Positions 16,323-24,894 of a stretch of DNA of 26,450 bases are shown one piece after another. The first letter of the stretch is position 1, and each line of letters starts with the position of its first letter. Location of the stretch: positions 1 through 26,450 of the IMG/VR virus record IMGVR_UViG_3300011338_000321; one strand, 5' to 3'. The notes beneath the pieces were generated by a model. It was not told the origin of the DNA. It saw only the letters and a program-made list of their open reading frames with translations, and made no database searches. The stretch is from a virus. Taxonomy: Duplodnaviria > Caudoviricetes. A program made the translations under genes and the position numbers.

Positions 16323-16349
16323 AAAAAACACCCCCGAAGGGGTGTTTTT
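16323..16349 (-). terminator. Rho-independent terminator after the tape measure gene
   Basis: Minus strand AAAAACACCCC-TTCG-GGGGTGTTTTTT: GC stem, C(UUCG)G tetraloop and U tract; symmetrical, so potentially bidirectional. Confidence 0.9.
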
Positions 16350-16360
16350 GTTTATTAAAT

Positions 16361-19300
16361 TTAAGCACCATCACCTGAGGCGTACCCAAAGCTAGGCTTA
16401 TTTCTTTCTGCGTACTCTGCTGCTAATCTACGTTCTTCCGCAGCCCTGTTAAGCTCATCAGTTTGTGCTTTCATGGCAATTGCATTGCTGCGTAGTTGTT
16501 CGGCTTGAAGTTCTAATTGTTGTTGTAGTAACTTATTAGTTTCTTTTTGCACGGCTACTTGTAACATTGCTGAAGCTACTTGCGCATCTGCAACTGAATT
16601 TGGAGCTTGAGTAGTAGCAGGTGCTTGATTTACAGGAGCCTCAGAAGTTACAGTTTGTGCTGTGATATAATCAGCCCATAAAGTTTTAATACTTGTTAGT
16701 GTAGAGTCTACAGATTTTAATACGTTAGTGCCGGCGTCAATACTAGCAATCTGCTCCTCAAAACCTACTTGAGATGCCTCTAATATATCAGCTGTTTCAC
16801 CAGCTGTTTGAGCCAACCAAGCGCGTAAATCTACGTTTTCTTGTCCACTAGCAAATAACACATCGCCTGAAGTTTTGATTTCTTGAAGTAGTCTAGTTGC
16901 TGTTTGTGCAGCTGTTTGTGCTGTTTTGCGCTGCTCTGGAGTATCTAAAGGTCCACGAGCGGCGGCCAGAGCTGTAGTGTATTGTGATTTTTGTGTTTCT
17001 AAGCGTTGTTGTGGAGTCATAAAACTGTCTGGCCCAGTTAAAAGCGAATTTCGAGCATCTCGCAAACCGGTAACAGAAGTTTTAATACCTTCTACTGTTT
17101 CTTTTAAAGCACCGCGTAATTTATCATATGCAGATTTTTCGTCTTCTAGTGCGTTAATTCTGCGTTGTAGCGCTGCATCTACAGCACTCATAGACCGCAA
17201 TTCACGAGCACGTTGAGCTTCAAGTGCCTGAGCACCCTTGCCTTCTAGTGTCCATAAATCTTCTTGTAGCTGCGATGTCTTTTCTTGCGCTTGACGTAGC
17301 TTATCGTATGCAGGAGCTAGCTTTAATAAGCTAGCTAAAGTATTTGCTTGAGCTTCGTCATTTGCATCTAAACCAGCTACCATTTTGGTAAACTGTTCTA
17401 GAGTAGGAACTGTTGCCATACCTAGGTCTTTAAACCCAGTAGTTAACTGCTCTGTATAATAAGTACTACGTTCTTGCTCTGTTAAGAAATTATCGAAATA
17501 AAACTGTATGCTGCTAGTGGCCGCGTCTAAGTCTCCGCTAAACGCTTTTAACAGGTTTTGTTGGGCAGCTACTCGAGTAGCGGCTGCTTCCATGCCTGTA
17601 GTGCCTTCAGCAGCCTTGATTATGCTTAACCCAATCATCTTCAAGCCTTGATTGAGTACTTCACCTTCTTTGTTTACTCGTGCAACCGTAGTCCAGTATT
17701 CTTCGCCTACTCTAACATACTCACTCATATAAGGAAAAGCTTTTTCAGCCGCAGCATTTAGTGCCACACTAATTTCAGCTTGTACAGCTTCTGCAAACTC
17801 TTTAGCACTTAAGTCTTTTGCACTAGCTTTAATTTTAATAGGAATATCGCGAAGTACTTCTGTTACTCGCATACCAGAACCTTCTAAGGACTCGGCAGCA
17901 GTTACTAATACACCTTGTACATTCTTAAAAATCTTTGCTATTGCATCTACAGCGGTAGTTTCAACTTTATCTCTTGTAGTGTTGTAGCGAGTACCGCCAC
18001 CAAACCCCAAGAAACCTGAGCTTTTAGTTACAGTATTAACATATGCAGAAAAATTACCAATACCTTGAGATAGCTTTTCTAAACTACCAGTAACTTCAAT
18101 ACCTTGATCTGCAATAGAAGTTTTTGACTTACCAAATAAGAATCCAGCTAAGCCACTACCTCTTGATGATTCGCCAATACCTAGAGGTTTATCGCCTAAA
18201 ACACCTGTTGCTGAGCCTGTTAGTGCTTTGGCTAAACCCAGTGTATTTTCTTCAATGCCACGTAAGTATCCTAGCATTTTACTACTATCAGAACCTAAGA
18301 CGTCAAAAAAGACTTTGCTTAGCTCATCAATAGAGTCACCCACTGATTTTGCCTTAGCGGTACGGTCACCTAGTACACCGCCTGCGCGATCTACTAATTT
18401 GCCACCTTCATACATCTGTCCAGTACCTTGTACCTTTTGTTGCTCTTCTGCAGTAAATCCGGCGGGTGGCGACTTACTTCCACCTTTTAATCCTAGCGCT
18501 GCTACAACTGCCGCTGCGGCGGCCCAGCCCCAGGGTCCCATCATTGCGGAGAACTTAGCAAAGATTGCTGGGATTGCTGAAGTTGCACTAGCGGTATTTT
18601 TTGCCGTTTCCATTGCTACTTCTCCGGCAGCGGCAGAAGCTAAGGCGGCTTGCTCTGTTCCCATGAATCCTAGTTTTGTAGCTAACTCTTTACCAGCATT
18701 CATTATAGAAGTAATCAGCTCTTTGTTGCTTTCAAAAATTCTACGAACGTGTTGAACTTTTTCAATGGCATCTAGTGCTTTGTAGGCTACTGTTTTTTCC
18801 TTAAACATTTTCTTTGAGGAATTTAGTAAGGCTATATCGTTATTTAGTTTATCTTTTGCTGATTTTTTGTCTTGATCTGCTATAGCTTTATTTACATTAG
18901 CTAAGGCTTTTGGATCTTCAGATTTTGTTGCGGCTTCAAGTTGAGCCTCTAAAGCAATTCTAGCAGCTAGATTTTGTTTTTCTGAATCTGCTGACTTTTG
19001 CAAAGCTTGAGCAACTGCACCAATTGCTTCACCTACTGTACCAAATACGGCGGCTAGTGATTCTGTAGTTAGTACTAGGGAATCCATTGTAGTTTTTTGT
19101 TTAGCTAATTCAATGCTATTTGCACCTAATACGGTAAGAGTTGCTTGTTTAGCTTGCGTTACTCTTGCCTCATTAGCAAGTGTAGCATCATAGTAAGCTG
19201 TAGTAGCAGTAACTAAAGCCTGTGCTTGGGCATACTCCGGACTATCTACAACTTGTTTGTCACGAATTTGTCTTAATTCAAATAACTTAAGAGACTGTTG

Positions 19301-22300
19301 TTGTTCTAATTCAAAAGTAGCAGTTTTAGTTCTAGATTTTTCTTTTTCTAAGTCTAAATCTGCTTGAGCTTTTGCTTGAACTTCGGGGCTTAAAGCTCCG
19401 AGAGCTGCTAATTTCTGTAAATTATCTTCTTTTAAAGTGAACAAAGTATTTTCATTTGATAAGGCTGTATCAAATACTGTCTTATCTAAAGCTAATTGAG
19501 CAGTTATACGCGCTCGAGCATTAGCTTGTACTTTTGCTAAATCTTCGGTTTCAGCTATACTGGTACCGGTTTCTTGTCTAGCTAATATACCTGTTTTACG
19601 TACTTTAAATGATTCGGCGGATTGTCTTAATGTCTTTGCATCTTCAGTTCTTTTAGCTTTAGTAGCTGCTACAGCCCCTTCTTCTGCTTGGCGAATTTTA
19701 TCATTTATATCTGCTATCTCTATGGCATTTTGTTTAGTACGAATTTGTTCATCTAATAGTTTATTAGCTAAAAGCGTTTCATCCGATAAATAAGATAAAC
19801 CTTGCTGTCTATAGTCATTGGCCTGTTTTTTAGCCTGTAAAGCTTTTAATTCAGTATCTAATAAATCTTTTGCTGCAGTAACTTCAATACCAGATACTTC
19901 AATACCTGCACGAATATCTATACCTTTTCTTTGTGCAGAAAATTCTGCTCGTCTAGCTTGTAAGGCTTTACGTGACTGTTCTTCACTTGGAGTAAAAGGA
20001 GTAGTTTTTAAAGCTTCTTCACGTTTTGCAAGAGCGTCTAGCTGAGTGGTTTTTTCTTCTGCGGATAATTTAGTAGATGAAGTAACCTCTTGTCTCTTTA
20101 ATGCAATAGTGTTTTCTTCAATTGCATTGCGCAAAGCTGCTTGTGAATCTACCATATTAATCTGAGAATCCAGCTGCTGCATTTGAAGACTAATACTCTG
20201 TTTTTCTAATTCTGCTCGACGTAAAGCTCCAGCCTTTGTATCGCCTGCTATAGTAGCATAGGCGGTAGATATAGTTATACTTGCACGTGCAAATCCCTGT
20301 GCAATAGAATCATCAATTAACTTTGAGCCTCGTTTGAACGCCGCATCCGCCCCTTGAGTAGCTGATTCTTTAAAAGGAGCTAAAGCAACTTCTGCTGCTT
20401 TTATTCCTGATTCAGCTAACTGTTTTTGTGACTTAATACGTACTAGTTCTAAGTCTATTTCTCTATTTTTAGCAGCTGTTTCTGTTCTACCACCTACACC
20501 CTGTTTTCTAATTACACCTAATTCTTTTTCATCTGCACTTAACGCTTTAATCCGTGCTTGATAGTTTGTTATGTCAGAGCTAAGTTTATTAATTAAATCA
20601 GAGTTACGGGCTAGTTCAGTGCCTGTTTTAGTATCAAATATTCTTAAACTTGCAGTATCTTTTGATAATTCTGTTAGTTTTGTAAGTGCTTGTGACGAGT
20701 CATCCAAAGCCATTTTTATAGCTTTGGCCGATTTAACAGTTTCTTGCCCTAGTTTAGCCATAGGATCTGTTGGAATAGCTGCAACTAATATTTCATCAAA
20801 AGTTTTATTAAAAGACTTTAAAGCTGCATCTACTTCTTGCGCAGTACCTTTAGTAGCTAGTAATGCTTTTCCTAACTCTTTTAACTGCGCTTGAGCTTGC
20901 TCTTGGGTTTTAAACGTAAAATCAATTTTAGACAACGACTTTAAGTCTTCTGGGTTTACTCCTAATAACTTAGTTAAATTTTCTATTGTAGTCGTTTTTG
21001 CAGCACCTTCAGTAGCTAAGCTTAAAGCTTTAGTAATACTCAAAGCAAACTGTTTTGAATTTTTGCTTAGTTCGTCTTGATTAAATATACTTTTAATGCC
21101 ATCTTTGATTTCATCGAACCAACTCATCATTGCAATATTTGCCTTCATTTTTTCAAATGAGTTTTGCATGTTATTAGTTAAATCATCAAATGCAGTAGAA
21201 ACAGCAGAAAGTGACTCAGTATTAAATTGAGCTAAAGGATCTTTTTTATTTAAAACTTCAATAGTACGGTTGGTATTTTCTAAAGAGCTAGTTAATGCAT
21301 CGTATGCCTTAGATGATTCTTCTGCTTGTTTTGAGTTAGTAGAAAATAAAAAGTCTAAAGCTGCTATTGCGGCTAAGCCTATACTTACTGCAATATTTAA
21401 AGTACCCAGAGCGCTAGCAATTCCAGATAGTACGCCCGAAAATATTGCTCCAGTACCCCGTACTGCTGTCATTACCTTACCAAATGTAGTAAGTTTATCT
21501 GTATTATCTGTAAGCCCCTTGCCCAGTACTTTAAAGGCATCTGATATACTACTGCTATCAATAGTCTTTGAAACATCTTGTAAGATACCGATAGATGTAG
21601 ATTTAGAAGTAGCTGCTTTTAAATCTCTAATTTGTTTAGCTTCTTGACTAAATAACCCTACTTTACCTACTCGTACATTTGGCCCCGTTACTGCTGCGTA
21701 TTCCTCAGCGGCACGGGTTCTATCTTTTAAAGCTGCGATAGTGGCCTTAATTTGAGCTACTTCTGCGGCATTTTCAGCTGCCCGTTTTTGAGATGCCGCT
21801 GTTTCTGAATAAGTTCTTTTTTCTAATTGTTTTTGTTGTTTTTCTAAAGCTTCAGTAGTAGTTTTAATTGCTGCAGTACTTTGTAGTTCAGCTCTTACAT
21901 CCGGAGCATTAGCAAGAATTTTTTGTGTGCTTTTAGATAGCCCCGCCTTCTGAGCTAATTTATCTAACTCTATTCCTGCTTTTTTAGCCGTATTACTATC
22001 TTCTTGTCCAATACGTGTAGCTTCTAAAGTATCAATAGTTTTTCTATGTTCTGCACGTAATTTTTTAGCACTTTCTAAAGCGGCAGTAGCCGATACCGCT
22101 TGATCTTCTAAACCTTTTTTATACTGACCTATAGCGGGTATTGCTTGAGATAGTAAAGTTTTACCTATCAATGCTAGTATTGCTACTAGTGCTACAGGAC
22201 TTTCGGACAGTGTTTTAACAATTGGAGCTAAAACTTTATTTACTAACTCTAATCCGGTTTGCAGTAAGTTTTGAAAACTTGCTAATAGTTTATCGTAAGG

Positions 22301-23092
22301 ATTAACATCTAGTTTAATACTTTCAAATTTTCTTTTACCTTCTTCTGCTACTGCATTAGCAAAGCCTTGTCGTTTTTCAAAGTCAGTTAAAGCGCTTACA
22401 GATTTTCCTAAAGAAAGAGCATATTTTCTACTAGCTTCATCAATTTTTGTAAAAATACCAAGTTCATCTAATAATTCTGGCTCTAATTTAATAACGCCAC
22501 GACTAATTCTGCTCAAAGCATCTGGCATGCTAACACCTAAGGCTTGAGAGGCTTTCTTTGCTATTTCACCTAATTCTAGGATTTGAGCTCCCCCTAGCCC
22601 TGCAGCACTTGCCTGTGCTACTGCTTGTGCTGCATCTCGTAAGTTAATAGCCCCATCAGATGCTTGTGCTAATTGCTTACTTAAAGCTCCTAAGTTTCTA
22701 CCCCCTACTGCACCTAATTGATCTAAGCCTTTGATCATATTAGTGGTATCCATGGCTTTGCTTAGTGCTGTAAAAGCTGCAGCAGCTGCATAAGTATTAG
22801 CAGCAACAGTAGCGTATAGCCGCACTAATCCACCTAAGCCCTGCGACTCAGCTGCAAAGTTTCTGGCGCTGGCACCTGTGGCACCAGCTACACCTCGTTG
22901 TGCTGCATATTCTTGCCCTGCAGCTTTTTCTGAAATTGCACGCGAACCAGCAGTTCCGCCACCACCGCCTGTGCGGCTCATAGCACCACCAGCAGCGGTT
23001 AAATTATCTCGGATTGCTTGACTTTTCTGTACAGCAGGGTCCATACCCTTGCTGGCTATTTGTAGGTCAATTGTTACTTTATTATCTGCCAT
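16361..23092 (-). CDS. Tape measure protein (2,243 aa; start revised to ATG 23092, MADNKVTIDL)
   Basis: AGGAG RBS before ATG 23092; T5 pb2-like N-terminal motifs (GGLVRLYATVAAN, RGVIKLEPELLDELGI); long Ala/Lys/Glu-rich helical sequence with hydrophobic segments; position after the chaperones. Confidence 0.95.
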   Translation of the reverse strand: MADNKVTIDLQIASKGMDPAVQKSQAIRDNLTAAGGAMSRTGGGGGTAGSRAISEKAAGQEYAAQRGVAGATGASARNFAAESQGLGGLVRLYATVAANTYAAAAAFTALSKAMDTTNMIKGLDQLGAVGGRNLGALSKQLAQASDGAINLRDAAQAVAQASAAGLGGAQILELGEIAKKASQALGVSMPDALSRISRGVIKLEPELLDELGIFTKIDEASRKYALSLGKSVSALTDFEKRQGFANAVAEEGKRKFESIKLDVNPYDKLLASFQNLLQTGLELVNKVLAPIVKTLSESPVALVAILALIGKTLLSQAIPAIGQYKKGLEDQAVSATAALESAKKLRAEHRKTIDTLEATRIGQEDSNTAKKAGIELDKLAQKAGLSKSTQKILANAPDVRAELQSTAAIKTTTEALEKQQKQLEKRTYSETAASQKRAAENAAEVAQIKATIAALKDRTRAAEEYAAVTGPNVRVGKVGLFSQEAKQIRDLKAATSKSTSIGILQDVSKTIDSSSISDAFKVLGKGLTDNTDKLTTFGKVMTAVRGTGAIFSGVLSGIASALGTLNIAVSIGLAAIAALDFLFSTNSKQAEESSKAYDALTSSLENTNRTIEVLNKKDPLAQFNTESLSAVSTAFDDLTNNMQNSFEKMKANIAMMSWFDEIKDGIKSIFNQDELSKNSKQFALSITKALSLATEGAAKTTTIENLTKLLGVNPEDLKSLSKIDFTFKTQEQAQAQLKELGKALLATKGTAQEVDAALKSFNKTFDEILVAAIPTDPMAKLGQETVKSAKAIKMALDDSSQALTKLTELSKDTASLRIFDTKTGTELARNSDLINKLSSDITNYQARIKALSADEKELGVIRKQGVGGRTETAAKNREIDLELVRIKSQKQLAESGIKAAEVALAPFKESATQGADAAFKRGSKLIDDSIAQGFARASITISTAYATIAGDTKAGALRRAELEKQSISLQMQQLDSQINMVDSQAALRNAIEENTIALKRQEVTSSTKLSAEEKTTQLDALAKREEALKTTPFTPSEEQSRKALQARRAEFSAQRKGIDIRAGIEVSGIEVTAAKDLLDTELKALQAKKQANDYRQQGLSYLSDETLLANKLLDEQIRTKQNAIEIADINDKIRQAEEGAVAATKAKRTEDAKTLRQSAESFKVRKTGILARQETGTSIAETEDLAKVQANARARITAQLALDKTVFDTALSNENTLFTLKEDNLQKLAALGALSPEVQAKAQADLDLEKEKSRTKTATFELEQQQSLKLFELRQIRDKQVVDSPEYAQAQALVTATTAYYDATLANEARVTQAKQATLTVLGANSIELAKQKTTMDSLVLTTESLAAVFGTVGEAIGAVAQALQKSADSEKQNLAARIALEAQLEAATKSEDPKALANVNKAIADQDKKSAKDKLNNDIALLNSSKKMFKEKTVAYKALDAIEKVQHVRRIFESNKELITSIMNAGKELATKLGFMGTEQAALASAAAGEVAMETAKNTASATSAIPAIFAKFSAMMGPWGWAAAAAVVAALGLKGGSKSPPAGFTAEEQQKVQGTGQMYEGGKLVDRAGGVLGDRTAKAKSVGDSIDELSKVFFDVLGSDSSKMLGYLRGIEENTLGLAKALTGSATGVLGDKPLGIGESSRGSGLAGFLFGKSKTSIADQGIEVTGSLEKLSQGIGNFSAYVNTVTKSSGFLGFGGGTRYNTTRDKVETTAVDAIAKIFKNVQGVLVTAAESLEGSGMRVTEVLRDIPIKIKASAKDLSAKEFAEAVQAEISVALNAAAEKAFPYMSEYVRVGEEYWTTVARVNKEGEVLNQGLKMIGLSIIKAAEGTTGMEAAATRVAAQQNLLKAFSGDLDAATSSIQFYFDNFLTEQERSTYYTEQLTTGFKDLGMATVPTLEQFTKMVAGLDANDEAQANTLASLLKLAPAYDKLRQAQEKTSQLQEDLWTLEGKGAQALEAQRARELRSMSAVDAALQRRINALEDEKSAYDKLRGALKETVEGIKTSVTGLRDARNSLLTGPDSFMTPQQRLETQKSQYTTALAAARGPLDTPEQRKTAQTAAQTATRLLQEIKTSGDVLFASGQENVDLRAWLAQTAGETADILEASQVGFEEQIASIDAGTNVLKSVDSTLTSIKTLWADYITAQTVTSEAPVNQAPATTQAPNSVADAQVASAMLQVAVQKETNKLLQQQLELQAEQLRSNAIAMKAQTDELNRAAEERRLAAEYAERNKPSFGYASGDGA

Positions 23093-23146
23093 ATATTCTC
23101 CTGGCGGTTCAGTACCCAAATTTGTGTACTCTTTGCTGACCCCACT

Positions 23147-23175
23147 ATTATAACACCAAGGGTTTGTCGAGTCAA
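23147..23175 (-). promoter_or_regulatory. Near-consensus sigma70 promoter for the tape measure gene
   Basis: Minus strand TTGACT (23175-23170), 17 bp, TATAAT (23152-23147) with extended -10 TGn. Confidence 0.9.
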
Positions 23176-23211
23176 CGGTGTATTTTTCATGCAGGCTTTC
23201 AAATTTTGAAA

Positions 23212-23239
23212 TTGTAAAATTTCCCAAAGCTGTTACAAT
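23212..23239 (+). promoter_or_regulatory. Candidate promoter for the endonuclease gene
   Basis: TTGTAA (23212-23217), 16 bp, TACAAT (23234-23239) with extended -10 TGn; the gene needs its own promoter given its orientation. Confidence 0.55.
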
Positions 23240-23268
23240 AGTATATTAAATAACTTTTGGAAAACATT

Positions 23269-24024
23269 ATGACTTGTGGTATATATCTATTAAGATTTAA
23301 AGATACTGATAAGGTTTATGTAGGTCAAGCTTTAGATATAAAGAAGCGTAAACTTTCACATGATAACCTTTTTAGAAAAAATGCGCATACTAAAAAGTTG
23401 CAAGAAGCGTATTACATTTATGGATTTCCTGATCAAGAAGTACTATTAGAATGTTTACCGGAAGAATTAGATGAGTGTGAAAATGAGGCTATTCAAATAT
23501 ATGATAGTGTTAATAATGGATTTAATACACTAGAAAAAGCTGGAGATTCTCCTAAATATATTGTTAAAGGCGAAGATCACTGTAGAGCTAAATATAGTAA
23601 TCAACAAATACAAGAAGTATTTTTACATATAGTAGAAAATAGTTTATCACTAAAACAAATATCTGTAAATACTGGTATAGGATATGGAACTGTTATAGCT
23701 ATTGCTGGAGGGACTAAGCATGTCTGGTTAAAAGATGCTTTCCCTGAAAAGTATACTGAAATGTTAAATGCAAAAAATAAGCGCAAAGTATTAACTACAG
23801 GCTATAATGTAAATGCTAAATTTAGTAGGGAACAAATTGAGCAAGCATTTTTATTATTAACACAAACTAAAAAATCCAGAAAAGAAATTGCTAAACTTAC
23901 AAATACTAATTACAAGGTAGTATCTCATATTGCTGACGGAAGTGCCTATTCTTGGCTTTGCGATAAATATCCAGAAAGTTATAATTTAATGTTACGTACA
24001 GTTAACACTTACTCTATGCAATAA
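23269..24024 (+). CDS. Free-standing GIY-YIG homing endonuclease (Seg-like) with two C-terminal HTH-like repeats
   Basis: MTCGIYLLRF..KVYVGQA..IKKR..H, later E (ECENEAI) and GFN motifs; duplicated AK(Y/F)S..QI...WL.D.(F/Y)PE.Y..ML unit; visibly more AT-rich than its neighbours. ATG 23269 preferred to the TTG at 23257. Confidence 0.9.
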   Translation: MTCGIYLLRFKDTDKVYVGQALDIKKRKLSHDNLFRKNAHTKKLQEAYYIYGFPDQEVLLECLPEELDECENEAIQIYDSVNNGFNTLEKAGDSPKYIVKGEDHCRAKYSNQQIQEVFLHIVENSLSLKQISVNTGIGYGTVIAIAGGTKHVWLKDAFPEKYTEMLNAKNKRKVLTTGYNVNAKFSREQIEQAFLLLTQTKKSRKEIAKLTNTNYKVVSHIADGSAYSWLCDKYPESYNLMLRTVNTYSMQ

Positions 24025-24059
24025 AAAAGCCCCATAACTATATAGTTATGGGGCTTTTT
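24024..24059. terminator. Bidirectional terminator (perfect 36-bp palindrome) between convergent genes
   Basis: AAAAAGCCCCATAACTAT|ATAGTTATGGGGCTTTTT spans the gap between the two stop codons, with a U tract on each strand. Confidence 0.92.
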
Positions 24060-24441
24060 ATTTTTTGGGTTTTTTGTCTTGTATTTGTTTAGCTCTTATG
24101 CGGTCTATATTACAAATAAATTCATAAAACATTCTGTGATCGCTACGTTCGACGTCATACATGTCAAAAACGTCTCTAATATTTTGTAGATTTTTACCTA
24201 TATAGTTTCCACCCATATAGTCCCATAGATCTGGTAAACTATTGTATATATGTAAAACTTCTTGTACTTCTAGCGGTAAATCATCATACTCAATAGGAAT
24301 TTCTTCTTCCAGCGGCGTCGAACCCATCAGCTCGCACATTTCAAAATACTGTTCGCGAGTCATGCCCACTCCGGTATTTTGAAAATATGATTCTATTTGA
24401 GAGTTTACTTGCTGCCGCTGGCTTTCTGAAAATTGCTTAAG
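24058..24441 (-). CDS. Tail assembly chaperone C-terminal (gpT-like) frame, probably expressed as a -1 frameshift fusion
   Basis: Frame is open from 24441 (SESQRQQVNSQIESYFQNTGVGMTREQYFEMCELMG...LPDLWDYMGGNYIGK) and overlaps the upstream chaperone in the -1 frame; MTREQY..MCE.MG motif as in T5-like chaperones. Confidence 0.8.
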   Translation of the reverse strand, partial: LKQFSESQRQQVNSQIESYFQNTGVGMTREQYFEMCELMGSTPLEEEIPIEYDDLPLEVQEVLHIYNSLPDLWDYMGGNYIGKNLQNIRDVFDMYDVERSDHRMFYEFICNIDRIRAKQIQDKKPKK

Positions 24442-24830
24442 TCAGTTACCTGTTCACTCACCCAGCTATCAAAATTAGCGGATGACTTCATTAAGAATAG
24501 AGCGTTGTCGTCTGAATACTCTAGTTCAGCACTCATGTCTTTTTGATCACTCAAATCAACAGGTGCTAGTTGTTCTAGATAGCTAAGCTTAAAGCCTTTC
24601 CAACCTTTAATACACGCTTGAACGTAAAGCTGTAAGAATAGCTCGTCATTGAGTTCTTCTGATGCTGCACGGTTCTTAAAGCTGGTTTTGGTAGCCTTTT
24701 TACGGATCGAGACAAGGGTCTCGCGGCTTAGGAAGCTTAGTTGAACTACGAATCCAGGAAAACCTGGAAACTCAGCTTCAACTGTTTTGCTGGGTACTAA
24801 AAGCGACTTTAGTGATAGGGAAACTGACAT
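24405..24830 (-). CDS. Tail assembly chaperone (gpG-like)
   Basis: 141 aa with AGGA RBS, directly after the major tail protein; IKGWKGFKLSYL and FDSWVSEQVTDLSNF motifs. Confidence 0.88.
   Translation of the reverse strand: MSVSLSLKSLLVPSKTVEAEFPGFPGFVVQLSFLSRETLVSIRKKATKTSFKNRAASEELNDELFLQLYVQACIKGWKGFKLSYLEQLAPVDLSDQKDMSAELEYSDDNALFLMKSSANFDSWVSEQVTDLSNFQKASGSK
24429..24435 (-). other. Candidate programmed -1 ribosomal frameshift site (C AAT TTT)
   Basis: The only homopolymer run supporting re-pairing in the overlap window bounded by the -1 frame TGA (24444-24442) and the 0-frame TAA (24407-24405). Confidence 0.65.
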
Positions 24831-24855
24831 GGATTTATATCCTTTTATAGTAGAG

Positions 24856-24884
24856 AAAAAGAGGAGGGGTGATCAAGCCCCTCC
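24856..24884 (-). terminator. Rho-independent terminator after the major tail protein gene
   Basis: Minus strand GGAGGGG-CTTGATCA-CCCCTCC followed by TCTTTTT. Confidence 0.8.
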
Positions 24885-24894
24885 CTGAAACCGA

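Noticed and set aside
350-21647. Numerous plus-strand ORFs of 60-175 aa (e.g. 1912-2310, 8726-9136, 18228-18755)
   Set aside because: All lie antisense to long structural genes; the Val/Pro/Ala/Leu-rich translations are the expected shadow of Thr/Gly/Ala/Ser/Asn codons, many start at non-ATG codons and none has a recognisable motif.
10918-23222. 10-mers AAATTTTGAA (10918, 23201) and TGTAAAATTT (10980, 23213) shared by the two promoter regions
   Set aside because: Low-complexity AT tracts with different spacing relative to the promoters; explained by UP-element-like composition.
23093-23227. ORF-track N-terminal extension of the tape measure protein (MGNFTISK...)
   Set aside because: It begins at TTG and spans the gene's own promoter; ATG 23092 has a clear AGGAG RBS.
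23601-23786. 61-aa minus-strand ORF inside the endonuclease gene
   Set aside because: Antisense shadow with no recognisable motif, lying downstream of a terminator.
23257-24024. Group I intron carrying the GIY-YIG gene
   Set aside because: The flanking genes are complete, the ORF is antisense to them, and the flanks are occupied by promoters and a terminator with no room for an intron core.
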